A stretch of 59,242 nt of DNA, the filler included, from Streblomastix strix (lineage: Eukaryota): the NCBI GenBank assembly GCA_008636045.1. It is 3 parts of 3 records of this genome, joined end to end, with 100 filler letters (N's around TTAATTAATTAA, not from the genome) between each part and the next. Parts side by side here need not be neighbours in the genome. Positions count along the whole stretch, not along the records: positions 39,564 to 59,242 come from SNRW01000496.1; 2 more parts are not named here. One strand, given 5' to 3'. Every line of letters starts with the position of its first letter. Positions within the stretch are counted from its first letter, which is position 1. Position numbers and translations under genes: made by a program. Under the pieces are notes generated by a model. That model was not told the DNA's origin, ran no database searches, and worked only from the letters and a program-made list of their open reading frames with translations. Below are positions 58,301-59,242 of this stretch, piece by piece.

Positions 58301-59241
58301 ATGGTTGTACAAACATCCATTTTACACTTAATTAGACTACATTCATATCCTTTATAAATTATTTTCTATAGAGGAATTTAAAATAGAACTCGTTAAAGTT
58401 AATGAGTAGCAGGGGGAATATCGCAATTATTGCAATGGTTATCAGCATTAGATTTAATACTTTATTAACCTTCACGAATAGTATCATAGAACATAGCAGG
58501 TTTAGTAAAATCACAACAGTCGATATGGAATAACAAGAACTCTAATTCAATAAGATGCAATATAAACTTGTTCCGATTGGAAGAGATTAACTGGTCTTCG
58601 ACATTTTCCACGTTTGACTAATGGATTGTGGCGATATCGATGTGTGATGATTCTGTCTGATTTATTTCTTTATTACTATTTTGCTTATTATGTTTATTCT
58701 ATGGCCATTACGGTTCTTTTTTAACCACTTATTTACTCTTAATTCTAAAATTAGAATATTATTCAATTGCAGAATTTGTTAATATAAATGCCCTATGTAC
58801 AATCATATCCCATACTTTCATAGAATTGTACATTCTAGCAATAAACTATACTGGTATATCAGAAACGTATAAATGTGTTGCTTCATCATTAATTTATCTT
58901 TCATTTTCTTTCAATTTTTCTATTTGAATTTATATTTCTTTTTAGTTTGACTCTAATCCATCATCTGATACTCTTTATTACTAGACATATTCTTACAATT
59001 CATTGTATAATTTACCCTAACCCTAACCTTCCATATACGATTACGTCTAATCTTCAAGCTATTCCATAAATGCCAACCATTCTGATTCTAGCAGGAGTTA
59101 TGTACGAGGGATAGGGCACGACCCAATCTTCTGCTTGAAAGTGTTATAGTCATACGAAAGAATCTCCGATAATTGAATATATGTATCCAAATCGAAACTA
59201 TTGTACTCATTATTAAAAGATTCATACGATAATAGTTCGAT
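55387..59241 (-). CDS. 5'-truncated giant ORF (more than 1,280 codons), paralogous to the central part of 44470-54546
   Basis: One frame with a single internal TGA (57718-57720). It shares the blocks TTIG, VNFN, SNWxVFVF and VLHFWxSTxxxxxFPxFxPxxxLPxxWADxL with the neighbouring ORF. The 3' end might splice further. Confidence 0.75.
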
Positions 59242-59242
59242 A

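Noticed and set aside
59014..59028. CCCTAACCCTAACC telomere-like repeat
   Set aside because: Only two units, and they encode GQGQG within the giant ORF. Similar snippets near 33540 and 36450-36485 are too degenerate.
44470..59241. Giant ORFs as an RNA-virus polyprotein or retroelement pol
   Set aside because: No RdRp GDD context, RT YxDD, helicase Walker A or DDE motif was found in the manual translation.

Overview
Three unrelated contigs of about 19.7 kb (1-19683, 19784-39463, 39564-59242) are joined by artificial N44-TTAATTAATTAA-N44 linkers. They come from an AT-rich, intron-containing eukaryote that reads TAA/TAG as Gln and uses TGA as its stop, so the supplied ORF track is fragmented. 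The best guess for the organism, by inference only, is an oxymonad such as Streblomastix. Contig 1 is gene-dense housekeeping DNA: Pus3/Deg1, a long-tailed class I sirtuin, an ARM-like protein, maltose O-acetyltransferase, SART3/Prp24, RPL9 and a PDK1-type PH-domain protein. Contig 2 is mostly decayed mobile DNA: a pogo-like DDE fragment, two DIRS fragments, and an integrase/ATPase cluster resembling a Polinton. That integrase is interrupted by an 815-bp foldback element with an ATAT target duplication. Contig 3 carries ARM-like genes, a telobox-like Myb gene and two tandem, paralogous giant minus-strand ORFs. The complete one (44470-54546, about 3,350 codons) combines a USP deubiquitinase with several Ulp1/CE-clan-like modules. 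Four long ORFs, including the sirtuin, each contain one in-frame TGA. All translations and alignments were done by hand, with no database searches.
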